Virus record (IMG/VR): IMGVR_UViG_3300025936_000020
Span: 1-64,000 of that record
Direction: 5' to 3' (one strand)
From: a virus
Taxonomy: Duplodnaviria > Caudoviricetes
Length of the DNA stretch: 64,000 nt
Position numbers and translations under genes: made by a program. The first letter of the stretch is position 1; each line of letters begins with the position of its first letter. The notes under the pieces are model-generated. The model made no database searches. It saw only the letters and a list, made by a program, of their open reading frames with translations, and was not told the origin of the DNA. Positions 8,667 through 17,285 of the stretch are shown here, one piece after another.

Positions 8667-9415
8667 GGGATCGAATACTTCGGCTTAAGGTAATTGAGGT
8701 ACATACCGTCCATCTCCGCATCGGTCAACGCCCGGTTGTAGAACATAATCTCCGCGAGGTCGCCAAGGAAGAACGCGGCTGAGTTCTGTGAGCCGAATTG
8801 CGCGATGTCGATGTTCAATCCCAGCGCACCTTGATTGTTCCCGAGCGAGCTGGTCGCCTCACGGAACTGGCACGTCGAGCCGGTGTAAGCGAACGTGCCC
8901 ATGAGCGGGTTTGTGCCCGTGGCCCCTGGCAGGTTGCTGGACGGAAACAGCACGCCGTCGAAGATAAACCGTTGCGCTGCCGACACGTCGATGCGGATAC
9001 CGCCAGCGCCCACTGCCGGTCGCGCAATGAGGTAGCGCGTCCCAGCCCCGCCGTTGTAAGCCCAGCACGCAATCACGCTCCAGCCGGTGTTGGTCCGCAG
9101 CGTGATCGTCGTCGAGAGCAGCATCGTGTCCGAACTGCCGTCGAACCGCGCCACGGGCTTGTTGCCGAAGATGGCCGTCTTATACGTTGGCCGTGCCGTG
9201 GTCGATGCCGCTGCCTCGTTGCGATACAGGCAATCAACCCACACGTCGATGGACTGTGCGTCGATGGCGGGAACCGACTCAGCTTTCCAGAGCGCCACGA
9301 GGCCTGGCACGTTCGCCGGATAACCGCAGGTGAACCGGCGTCGATTGGCCTGCGTCGCCCATTGACCGTGGACCACGAGGGGCAGGAGCAATAGAATAAG
9401 AAGTCGCGTTACCAT
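8663..9415 (-). CDS. secreted LamG/concanavalin A-like lectin domain protein
   Basis: Signal peptide MVTRLLILLLLPLVVHG; GLVALWKAE...ARFDGSSD...FLGDLAEIMFYNRALTDAE pattern. Confidence 0.8.
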   Translation of the reverse strand: MVTRLLILLLLPLVVHGQWATQANRRRFTCGYPANVPGLVALWKAESVPAIDAQSIDVWVDCLYRNEAAASTTARPTYKTAIFGNKPVARFDGSSDTMLLSTTITLRTNTGWSVIACWAYNGGAGTRYLIARPAVGAGGIRIDVSAAQRFIFDGVLFPSSNLPGATGTNPLMGTFAYTGSTCQFREATSSLGNNQGALGLNIDIAQFGSQNSAAFFLGDLAEIMFYNRALTDAEMDGMYLNYLKPKYSIP

Positions 9416-12009
9416 GCGCTGGGTGCCGTCGATGACTCGGTGTATTGAAGCCTGGCCTTGAGCAGCAAAACGGTATTCGTCCACGTATCACTGCCGTTGC
9501 TGCCTTGGCGCGAGATATCGAACCATAGGGAGTCGCCCACCGCAGGACTGCCGCCAACTGTGATAGCCGGTGTCGTGAACACTTGCATCACATTGCCTAC
9601 GGTATCGAGACCGTTCGTCACGAAAACCTGCGTTCCGAAGACCGCATTCGTCAGCGCCTCCAGTGGCGCGAGCGATCCGGCTTTGACGCCCCACACGAGG
9701 TTGGTGGTCGTCGCCACGTTGGTACCGCTGCTGGTGACGTAGAGCTTGAGCTTTACGGTGCCGACATTCCACACATCCGGCAGCGTGATGGCAAAACGTG
9801 TCGCCTGCGTTGCTGCATCGGCGAACACCCACGCATCCGAGAGAGTTTCGTTCACGCTGTTCGTGTACTGCGTCAGCGTCGCCGCCGTTGGAGCCGGAAA
9901 CATTGCGCCCGGCTCAATCGAAAAGTCGCGCAGGATGCCGGTGAACGTGCCAGTCGCCGTGAGATTGGTTCCGCTCATGGCCAGTCCAGTGCCGATGCCG
10001 ACGCCCGCCAGCGTGTTGCTCGACGTAAACCCGGCCAAGCTCGTCGCCGTGCCAGTGATGTTTGAGACCGCCACCGCGCCGTTGGCATCCACGCTGAACC
10101 AGTTCGTGTAAGGATTGACCGTTGATGCCGTCGTGCGAGCCTTCGCCGTGGCGATGTAGACCGTGCCGCCTGCGCCCGTGCCAGTGCCTTGGCCGCCTTC
10201 AAGCGTGAAGTTCGCGCCTGCCTTGTCTGTGCCGGAACCGTCCGCCGCCTTGAGCGCCTGGTTGACGGGCGTTGCAGCGTCCACGCCCATTTGAATCACA
10301 GCAGCAGCATCGCGCACGAGCTGTGTATCGAATCCTGCTCCTGCTGTAATGGCTGAGTTTGCGGTGAAACCAATGGAGCCGTCAGAGGTTAAAGCAATAA
10401 ACGTAGTGTCCATGACGCCGTTGGCCCTTATGCGTATCCGTTCAGTCCCGCTGAGAGTTATCCCTATTGCGTCGAGAGATGGGCGGAAAAATCCAGTACC
10501 AGACCCATCGTCATCGACGAGCCACCCAATGCCCGGCTTGGTCGCCGTCCCCGCCTGCACGAGGAACTGTCCGTTCGAGTTGATCGTGGAATAGTTCGTG
10601 CCCGCGCTCGACCTCCATTGCATCAAATCGTTGGTCTGCCCCGAAGCGCCCACGGCGATGAATGGCACGTTATCAATCGTGCTTGCGGTGTTGGTTAACG
10701 GCCCAGTCATCGCATCACCCGCGAGCCGGACGTGATTGTTCCACGTAGCGCCAGCGTAATACTCGTTTCGCGCAGTCGTCGTGTTGAACCGAGCCATGCC
10801 ATTGGTCGGTGCCGCTGGACGTTGCGCGGTCGTGCCCTGCGGCAGGTTGAATGCGCCTGTGCCGCCGACATACATGTTCGTGCCATCGTCGGTGAGCAAC
10901 GAGTTGCCAAGGTTCGTCGTGCTCGTAAACTTCGCTACGGTATTCGCTGTGCCGCTGGCGGTCGCTGTGCCCGCTGGAATAATCGCCGTCGCCAGAATGT
11001 TGCTGCCGCTAACGGCCAGCGTGACCGTCGCCGTGTTTGTAAAGTTCGGCGTCGTGACGTTGGTGCCGTTGACCGATACGGTTGTGCCACTCGCATTGGT
11101 CAGCACAGGAACCCCGTTCACGGTCGGCGTTGCGGCAAATCTCGCCGATGCGCCGGGGAAGAAGTAGTTGTAGGCGCTGTCGCCGAAGACGTAATCATTG
11201 CTGTTGGTCGCCTGCGCACCACTGCCGAGCATGAAGATGTGGGACTTGCCGCTCAGGCTAAGCGATTGACCAGCACTGGTGCCGAAGGCGTAGATGTCCG
11301 ACACGTTCGTCAGCGTTGATGTTTCCAGCGTTCCATCACCATAAGCGTAAACTTCCGACGAACCGCTCACCTTTGCATGGTCCAAGGCTGAACGGCCATA
11401 CCCGTAAATTTGCGAACTGTTCGTGATCTTACCGGCAAACAGAGGTCCGCGTCCGAATCCGTAAATGTCCTGCGAGTTCGTGATGACCACACTTGAAAGG
11501 GCGAAATGGCCTATCCCGAACAGGTCGGTGCCGGTCTGTATCACCGCCGAGTTGAATACCGAATGGCCTACGCCTATCAGATCGGAACTGTTCGTCACGG
11601 TCGTACTGTCGAATAGCGAGTCGCCAAGCCAAACGATCTGACTGGAGTCTCGAAACAGGCTGTTCCCGCCTCCGCTGATGCCCAAGCCGTAGAATCCAAA
11701 AAGGTTGCTGGCCCCCACATCCGCAAGCGATCCCATGACGAAAATCTGCGAGCTGTTCGTGAAAGCGGAGGTTTGCAGCGCCGTCTCGCCAATCGCCACG
11801 ACATCGGAGCTGCCTGAAAGCGTCGTCCCTGCCAGCGAACCGTTGCCCAAGCCAATGGCGCTGGATGTGTTCGTGATCGTTGAGCTTCCGAGGGTGAATG
11901 ATCCAGTCCATTTGGGAACCAGGTTATTGGTGCCGGCTCCGGACGGATTGGCAGCGCGCGCGAAGACGAGCGAACAGAGAAGGAGCGCAACGGCGATAAA
12001 AAGTTTCAT
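9409..12009 (-). CDS. tail-fibre/adhesin-like protein (866 aa) with N-terminal signal peptide
   Basis: Signal peptide MKLFIAVALLLCSLVFARA; ~22-aa repeats (TNSSQIFVMG, TNSSDLIGVG, TNSQDIYGFG...); fibre-type LPQGTTAQRP...RFNTT motif; G/T/S/A-rich. Confidence 0.8.
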   Translation of the reverse strand: MKLFIAVALLLCSLVFARAANPSGAGTNNLVPKWTGSFTLGSSTITNTSSAIGLGNGSLAGTTLSGSSDVVAIGETALQTSAFTNSSQIFVMGSLADVGASNLFGFYGLGISGGGNSLFRDSSQIVWLGDSLFDSTTVTNSSDLIGVGHSVFNSAVIQTGTDLFGIGHFALSSVVITNSQDIYGFGRGPLFAGKITNSSQIYGYGRSALDHAKVSGSSEVYAYGDGTLETSTLTNVSDIYAFGTSAGQSLSLSGKSHIFMLGSGAQATNSNDYVFGDSAYNYFFPGASARFAATPTVNGVPVLTNASGTTVSVNGTNVTTPNFTNTATVTLAVSGSNILATAIIPAGTATASGTANTVAKFTSTTNLGNSLLTDDGTNMYVGGTGAFNLPQGTTAQRPAAPTNGMARFNTTTARNEYYAGATWNNHVRLAGDAMTGPLTNTASTIDNVPFIAVGASGQTNDLMQWRSSAGTNYSTINSNGQFLVQAGTATKPGIGWLVDDDGSGTGFFRPSLDAIGITLSGTERIRIRANGVMDTTFIALTSDGSIGFTANSAITAGAGFDTQLVRDAAAVIQMGVDAATPVNQALKAADGSGTDKAGANFTLEGGQGTGTGAGGTVYIATAKARTTASTVNPYTNWFSVDANGAVAVSNITGTATSLAGFTSSNTLAGVGIGTGLAMSGTNLTATGTFTGILRDFSIEPGAMFPAPTAATLTQYTNSVNETLSDAWVFADAATQATRFAITLPDVWNVGTVKLKLYVTSSGTNVATTTNLVWGVKAGSLAPLEALTNAVFGTQVFVTNGLDTVGNVMQVFTTPAITVGGSPAVGDSLWFDISRQGSNGSDTWTNTVLLLKARLQYTESSTAPSAW

Positions 12010-12014
12010 AATTT

Positions 12015-12245
12015 TCAGACCCAAGCCGCCGAGCCGGGATCCCACTGGGACAATGGCCCGCCGCCCGTAGGAAAGCTTAGAGCAGGCAGGCTTGGATCAT
12101 CCGGGACCGGATTGTTCAGGAACACCTGCTGAGTTCCTCCGGAGCCGCTGCCGCCTCCGGAGCCGGAACCGGCATCCGGATCGGTTTGGGCCGGGGGACC
12201 CTCCAGATAACAGAACGGTTGGGCTGTGCAAATCACTTCCTGCAT
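12015..12245 (-). CDS. small Gly/Pro-rich hypothetical protein
   Basis: 76-aa ORF overlapping the upstream gene's 3' end. Confidence 0.55.
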   Translation of the reverse strand: MQEVICTAQPFCYLEGPPAQTDPDAGSGSGGGSGSGGTQQVFLNNPVPDDPSLPALSFPTGGGPLSQWDPGSAAWV

Positions 12246-12736
12246 GGTTCCTCCTCTGCGTTCACGGATTTCTCCACGGTGCCGCCGTGGACGTTGATCT
12301 GAATGGGACTGATCTGCGCTCCCGGCAGAAACGGTTTTCCCTGCGGCATGTTCGGGTGGGCGCTCCGCGTCTCGGCTACCTTGTTCAGTTCGAGTTGCAG
12401 GGCGACGTTCTCGTCGATGGCCTTTATGAAGCGCAGTTGAAGCTCCAGGTATCCCTGCCGGACTTCGTCGCTGATGCCGTCCCGGTTAGCCTGGGCGGCG
12501 CACGCAATGGCGGCTTCATAAATCATCTGTGAGGACCCGAGCAGGCGGCCATTTCCGTAACGGAGCAAGCCGACCTGGTCCAAAAACTGCCCGATGGTGG
12601 CGACGTTGTGGAGGCCTCGGGACGAGATGTTGAGAAGATTCAGCTCGCGCGCGGCCCGGTCCAACCTTCCGTCTGAAATCCGTTTCACCTTTCCGCTGGG
12701 TTCTCGGACTTCGATCTCTGTGGTAGCCTCGGGCAT
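12233..12736 (-). CDS. hypothetical protein, candidate terminase small subunit
   Basis: Helical core and C-terminal beta-like PIQINVH segment; size fits TerS. Inference only. Confidence 0.45.
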   Translation of the reverse strand: MPEATTEIEVREPSGKVKRISDGRLDRAARELNLLNISSRGLHNVATIGQFLDQVGLLRYGNGRLLGSSQMIYEAAIACAAQANRDGISDEVRQGYLELQLRFIKAIDENVALQLELNKVAETRSAHPNMPQGKPFLPGAQISPIQINVHGGTVEKSVNAEEEPCRK

Positions 12737-13087
12737 ATGATATTCGGACTTCACCCTCCGCGATTCGCCCAGTGGAGGCAAGTTTTATTGCTGGAGCGAA
12801 AATTGCTGTGGAGCGCCGCGCCGCACATCCTCTGGACGTTGATTACCGGCGTTGTTCATTTCCGTGGGCGCAGGGAGCGTTGGCGCCGGCGGATGCGGAC
12901 CTGTTACCGGTGCCCGATCTTCAACCCGAAACTTCGTCAGTGCCGTCCGGAGCCGCCTCCTGGAGCTGATCCGGAACCGTTTCGGAAGGTTGGCTGTGGA
13001 TGCTACACGCCGGCAATTTCGTTTTTTTATCCTCCTGGAAAACCCTGTTGGGGGCGCGCCCGTTCCCCGGGGGTTGGCTGGGTTTGA
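12737..13087 (+). CDS. Cys-rich Zn-binding phage protein
   Basis: RMRTCYRCPIF...QC...GCGCY...CW pattern. Confidence 0.65.
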   Translation: MIFGLHPPRFAQWRQVLLLERKLLWSAAPHILWTLITGVVHFRGRRERWRRRMRTCYRCPIFNPKLRQCRPEPPPGADPEPFRKVGCGCYTPAISFFYPPGKPCWGRARSPGVGWV

Positions 13088-14198
13088 ACGCGATCATCGC
13101 GTTGTGCCGTATCTGGCGTAGCGGCGTCTGGTAGTACGGTTTTCTCCGGTCCACGTCCGGCGTCCATTCCTTGAACGCGTCGTCCGGCGTGAGCGCGACC
13201 GCGTCGCAGATGCCGCGGCCGGGACGGACCAGCCCCTTCAGCACGGCGGGAACGAGCATCTTCGAACCGGTGACGATACCGTCAACGACGGTGGCCGGCG
13301 GATGGAAGACCCGGACCGCGTACCATTTCATGATCTCCAGAACAGCCGGCAGATGGCTGGCCATCTCGTTAAGAATCCCGGAGGTGTAATTGCTCGCGCA
13401 TAATTTCTGTTTCCTGGCCAGCTCGTGTTCTTCCATCCGCTTCTCCAGCTCCGGCGATGGGATCGTCTCGAGCGTCCAATGAACGAATTGCTTGCGCCGG
13501 TCGAACGCCAGAAGTTTCGGACTGGCCAGCGCGCCGTAGAATCCTGACAGCGTGAAGGCCTCGTGCCGTTCCTCCGGGGCCTTTCCAAACATCGACATCA
13601 GACTGGAGAATCGGACGGCGATCGCTTCTTTCCAGTTTTGACGGTACGGCATCGGGATGATTTTGATGAAGCCCAGGTCCAGGATCTTTCGCTCGGCAAG
13701 CCTTCGCACGGCCGCCGCCCTGACCTGAAGCCAGAACACCTTCAGCGCGTCCCAGCTGATTTCCGGGACCGTGTAGTGCAGATCCTTCAGGAACGCGAGT
13801 TCGATGCTGGAAAATCCCGGCTCCGGCGGAGGGTCAATCTGGTTGATAGTTGAGGGTTGATGGTTGATGACGCCGGGCCAGACGATGTAGTACTCGGGCG
13901 TGATCCCGGGCGCTTTAACGGCGAACCGTCTCAGGTCGGAATCGCGGAACCACCAGCCGCGCTCGTCGGGGCTGTAGTTCCACGCGTCCAGGATCGGCGT
14001 GAGAACTTTGTGCTGCGCCGGTGCGATCGAAAGTTCAGACATTGCCCGGCGCACGAACCAGATTACCGCGCCGTCGGTTTCGCTCTTAAACGGCGCGCAT
14101 TTGATCGGGAGCGTGAAGGCGAAATCGTCCGGGAGCCGGCCGCTGACGGTCCAGAGTTCGAAATCGCCGCAGGGCTTAACGCTGATTGTATTCGACAT
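12921..14198 (-). CDS. hypothetical protein (425 aa)
   Basis: Long protein-like ORF; no family recognised; 3' end overlaps the antisense gene by 167 nt. Confidence 0.7.
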   Translation of the reverse strand: MSNTISVKPCGDFELWTVSGRLPDDFAFTLPIKCAPFKSETDGAVIWFVRRAMSELSIAPAQHKVLTPILDAWNYSPDERGWWFRDSDLRRFAVKAPGITPEYYIVWPGVINHQPSTINQIDPPPEPGFSSIELAFLKDLHYTVPEISWDALKVFWLQVRAAAVRRLAERKILDLGFIKIIPMPYRQNWKEAIAVRFSSLMSMFGKAPEERHEAFTLSGFYGALASPKLLAFDRRKQFVHWTLETIPSPELEKRMEEHELARKQKLCASNYTSGILNEMASHLPAVLEIMKWYAVRVFHPPATVVDGIVTGSKMLVPAVLKGLVRPGRGICDAVALTPDDAFKEWTPDVDRRKPYYQTPLRQIRHNAMIAFKPSQPPGNGRAPNRVFQEDKKTKLPACSIHSQPSETVPDQLQEAAPDGTDEVSG

Positions 14199-14229
14199 CT
14201 CGGAGGTGAAGATACACGATCGCGCGAAA

Positions 14230-15114
14230 ATGAGCCGAGTACTTATTTTGGGAGGAAGCGGATTCGTCGGAAGCGCGTTTGCGCGCGAGCTGGCTGCGCG
14301 AAGCGTGGACTTCAGTTCCTTGTCAAGGAACCAGTGCGACTACACAAACTTCGCCGCGATCTACAGCCTGATGAAGAAAGTCCGGCCGGAGCTGGTCGTC
14401 AACTGCTCCGGGGTGACTGGAACTCCGAACGTCGACTGGTGCGAGTTGCACCGCAAAGAAACCATCGCCGGTAATATCATCGCGGCGGCGGCAATCTCGG
14501 ACGCCTGCTACAACCTCGGGATCATTCTCGGGCACATTTCGACCGGCTGCATCTACAACGGCGAACGGCCGCTGGGCGCGCCGTGGACGGAGGAGGACCC
14601 GCCCAATTTCTGTTTCGGCGAGGAACCGTGCAGCTTTTATTCCGGCACCAAGGCGTTGGCCGAATGGAAGATCGCCGGAAACCCGCTGGCCTACATCTGG
14701 CGGTTGCGGATGCCGTTCTGCGAAGAGGCCGACCCGAAAAATCTGATCACAAAGCTGGTGACTTACCCCGCAATCTTCGATTCGCCGAAAAATTCCCTTT
14801 CCCACCTCGGCGAATGCGTCCGGGCCTGCCTGGACACCTGGGAGCTGGGCGTGAAGCGCGGGATTTACAACGTGGTCAACCCGGGGGCTCTGACAAACCG
14901 GGAGATCGTCGAGCTCATCTGCGAAATTCTGAAACCGAACCGCAGCTACGACGCTTGGGCTGATCAGATCCCGTTTTACAAGGAGCACGCGATGGCGCCG
15001 CGATCAAACTGCGTGCTTTCGTCCAAAAAACTCAGCGCGGCCGGGATAGAGCTGCGCCCGGTGTCGGAGGCGATGGCGGAAACGCTGAAGAACTACAAGC
15101 CGACCCCGCTATGA
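14230..15114 (+). CDS. NDP-4-keto-6-deoxyhexose 3,5-epimerase/4-reductase-like SDR (RmlD / NRS-ER type)
   Basis: GGSGFVG Rossmann motif, GVTGTPNVDWCE, STGCIY, YSGTK catalytic motif, WRLRMP...KNLITK. Confidence 0.85.
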   Translation: MSRVLILGGSGFVGSAFARELAARSVDFSSLSRNQCDYTNFAAIYSLMKKVRPELVVNCSGVTGTPNVDWCELHRKETIAGNIIAAAAISDACYNLGIILGHISTGCIYNGERPLGAPWTEEDPPNFCFGEEPCSFYSGTKALAEWKIAGNPLAYIWRLRMPFCEEADPKNLITKLVTYPAIFDSPKNSLSHLGECVRACLDTWELGVKRGIYNVVNPGALTNREIVELICEILKPNRSYDAWADQIPFYKEHAMAPRSNCVLSSKKLSAAGIELRPVSEAMAETLKNYKPTPL

Positions 15115-15878
15115 CCTTCGCCGCGACGATCGGAGCCTATGAACTCGCCAGTTTTGTGGAGCTGAACATCCGCGCGCTCCGCCGGGTGTTCGGAGATGAC
15201 CTGCCGATCCTTGTTTCAGACGATTTGAACCGGTATTCTGCTGAGATTCGGGACGTTGCCGCCCGTTTTGACGTGTTCCATTACTGTAGCGACACCCACA
15301 GAGGCCATTTTGCTGGCGACGTGAACCAGGCGTGCAACGCTTTGGCCTTCGCCAAGGCGCAAGGAGCTGACATCGCCCTAAAAATCAGCCAGCGCTTCAT
15401 CATGTGTGACCCAATTTGCAGGGAAATCCTCGAACGGTACTTCTCGGACCCTGAGGTATGGCTCGCCTTCCCTGGGAAGATTCACCCCAGCTCAATCAAG
15501 CGGGCCGAGTCTCGATTTTTCTCGAACTTCAGCACCGTGACCGACTTTTTTGCCGTCAGGCCGGACAAATTAAGCGCAGAGACAGTCAAAAACCTGTACG
15601 AGACGCGGGTGAAAGAGCAAAGGAACCGCTTTGACACCCTTGCCGAGCCATTGTGGGGATTCATCGGCGACGTCACCCTGGCCGGGCACACCATCCGGAT
15701 GCCCGAATTCAGCTCGCATTACCCCGGCAGACCGCCGATCTACCTGCGAAAATGCCAGCAGGAACCCGCCGATTACCAGGTATTCGCCCGGGAGAACGGG
15801 ATGGATGATTTCCTACCCCTTCTTGTAGAATGGCGGCAGATGAGCACCGCCTACCGTCCGAGCCCGATTTTCATATGA
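15111..15878 (+). CDS. putative GT-A fold glycosyltransferase
   Basis: LPILVSDD acidic motif, ALKISQRF; ATGA-coupled to the epimerase/reductase gene. Confidence 0.6.
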   Translation: MTFAATIGAYELASFVELNIRALRRVFGDDLPILVSDDLNRYSAEIRDVAARFDVFHYCSDTHRGHFAGDVNQACNALAFAKAQGADIALKISQRFIMCDPICREILERYFSDPEVWLAFPGKIHPSSIKRAESRFFSNFSTVTDFFAVRPDKLSAETVKNLYETRVKEQRNRFDTLAEPLWGFIGDVTLAGHTIRMPEFSSHYPGRPPIYLRKCQQEPADYQVFARENGMDDFLPLLVEWRQMSTAYRPSPIFI

Positions 15879-16066
15879 ACAACCAACTCACTGAAGCCGA
15901 GGTCCGCGCACTTCGCAATCGCGTGTTCGGACATCAAATCACCGACACCGAATGGAAAGTCGCCGGACCGCACTGGATGAGTCCGGAGGGGATCGCGTTC
16001 CTCCGGGCCCACGACTTCCCGATCGGGAAACCAGTCTATAATCCACAGGCTCAGAAAGCTTGCTGA
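15875..16066 (+). CDS. small hypothetical protein
   Basis: 63 aa, ATGA overlap with the upstream stop. Confidence 0.55.
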   Translation: MNNQLTEAEVRALRNRVFGHQITDTEWKVAGPHWMSPEGIAFLRAHDFPIGKPVYNPQAQKAC

Positions 16067-16221
16067 AAGCCAAGGAAGCTGCCGCCTCCGGTCGGAGGTT
16101 CGAAACCGAAATAATTTGTTGACGCCGCGGCCGGGGTTTTGGCAGGATTACAGGTGTTCTGAACGGGCGAGTCACCCTGGTCAGAGCTTGCACTTACGGT
16201 TGCCTTAGCGCATTATCACTT

Positions 16222-16373
16222 TGCGCCCGGTCTGTGGCGTGAGCCACGGCCCTGGCAGCATCCTTCCCGCTCGATGGGCGGACTAGGACCGGGCGCATTT
16301 CCCTTGCTCCAAGATGGTTTGGTCCGGATTCACCGCGTTTTCCGGAAACGGTCAGGTGAGCCACTTGGAGCAA
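16222..16373 (+). ncRNA. structured 5' leader of the replication initiator gene
   Basis: Perfect 11-bp stem 16222-32/16287-97 enclosing gtggc-GTGA-gccac; perfect 10-bp stem 16304-13/16364-73. Confidence 0.5.
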
Positions 16374-16383
16374 CCTCTTTTGC

Positions 16384-17052
16384 ATGAAGCGGGGCACTCC
16401 AGAGCACCCAAAGGTCGGCCATCTCGCTTCACTCTTAAACATCAATCATGCCTGGGCTATGGGAATACTGGAGGCTATGTGGCATTTCACCGCAAGATAC
16501 GCTCCGCAAGGGGACATCGGAAGGCATGCGGACTTGGTCATCGCGAAGGCAGTGTACTGGGAGCGACCGACAGGTGAGAGGGGAGTGAAGCCTGAGTGCA
16601 AGCTAAGTGGAGCCTTAGTGACCGCCAGGTGGCTCGATACGTCGACCATACATCGCCTAATAGTGCACGACTGGTCGGACCATGCAGATGAGGCAGTTAG
16701 GAAATTCTTGTCGAGACACAGTCTCGACTTTGTCCGGACTGAGTCTAGCCTGCCTTTGCCTTTGCCAGTACCAGTGCCTTTGCCAGTACCAGCGACGGAC
16801 GCAGACCCGACTTTCGAGCAGGCGATGGATAGAGTTCCGATCCAACTCCGTGAGCAAGTGAGAATGGATTTTGCCAGGCATGTATTCGATGCCTGGAGCA
16901 GCGTGGACGGCAAGAACGGGGCCGGGGTTTCCTGCCGGTTCGAAAAGTTGCTCCAGAAACGATGGAACGCCGAAGGAGAACAATGGCGGAACGGGTGCCA
17001 TTCAGCTCAGAAAAAACCGCAATCCACTCAGTCGCTAGAAAACCAGATCTGA
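16384..17052 (+). CDS. phage replication initiator / replisome organiser-like protein
   Basis: MKRGTPEHPK...GILEAMWHF...IVHDWSDH N-terminal domain and Pro-rich linker; lies upstream of the primase-helicase. Confidence 0.7.
   Translation: MKRGTPEHPKVGHLASLLNINHAWAMGILEAMWHFTARYAPQGDIGRHADLVIAKAVYWERPTGERGVKPECKLSGALVTARWLDTSTIHRLIVHDWSDHADEAVRKFLSRHSLDFVRTESSLPLPLPVPVPLPVPATDADPTFEQAMDRVPIQLREQVRMDFARHVFDAWSSVDGKNGAGVSCRFEKLLQKRWNAEGEQWRNGCHSAQKKPQSTQSLENQI
16748..16792 (+). repeat. tandem repeats within the initiator gene (LPLPLPVPVPLPVP); possible iteron-like ori
   Basis: tgcctttgccagtaccag twice in tandem (16757-16792), preceded by partial copies. Confidence 0.55.
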
Positions 17053-17057
17053 CTTAC

Positions 17058-17285
17058 ATGGGCCTCGCCAAACTCAGCGATTTGGTCACCAACATCGGGG
17101 AATGCGTTTACAAGCCAGCCGAACAGTGCTTCTACTGCGCCGATCCGCTGGGCGGCGATGTGTGGATTTTCTGGAACGGGACCGACTGTCAGATCTGGAT
17201 GCACCCGGCGTGCGCCAAGAGGCTGGCCGATAATCTGAACAAGGACTGGGAACGGTTCAAAGTAGCCTGCCCAGAGCTTCTATGA
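17058..17285 (+). CDS. small Zn-finger protein
   Basis: CFYC...HPAC. Confidence 0.65.
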   Translation: MGLAKLSDLVTNIGECVYKPAEQCFYCADPLGGDVWIFWNGTDCQIWMHPACAKRLADNLNKDWERFKVACPELL

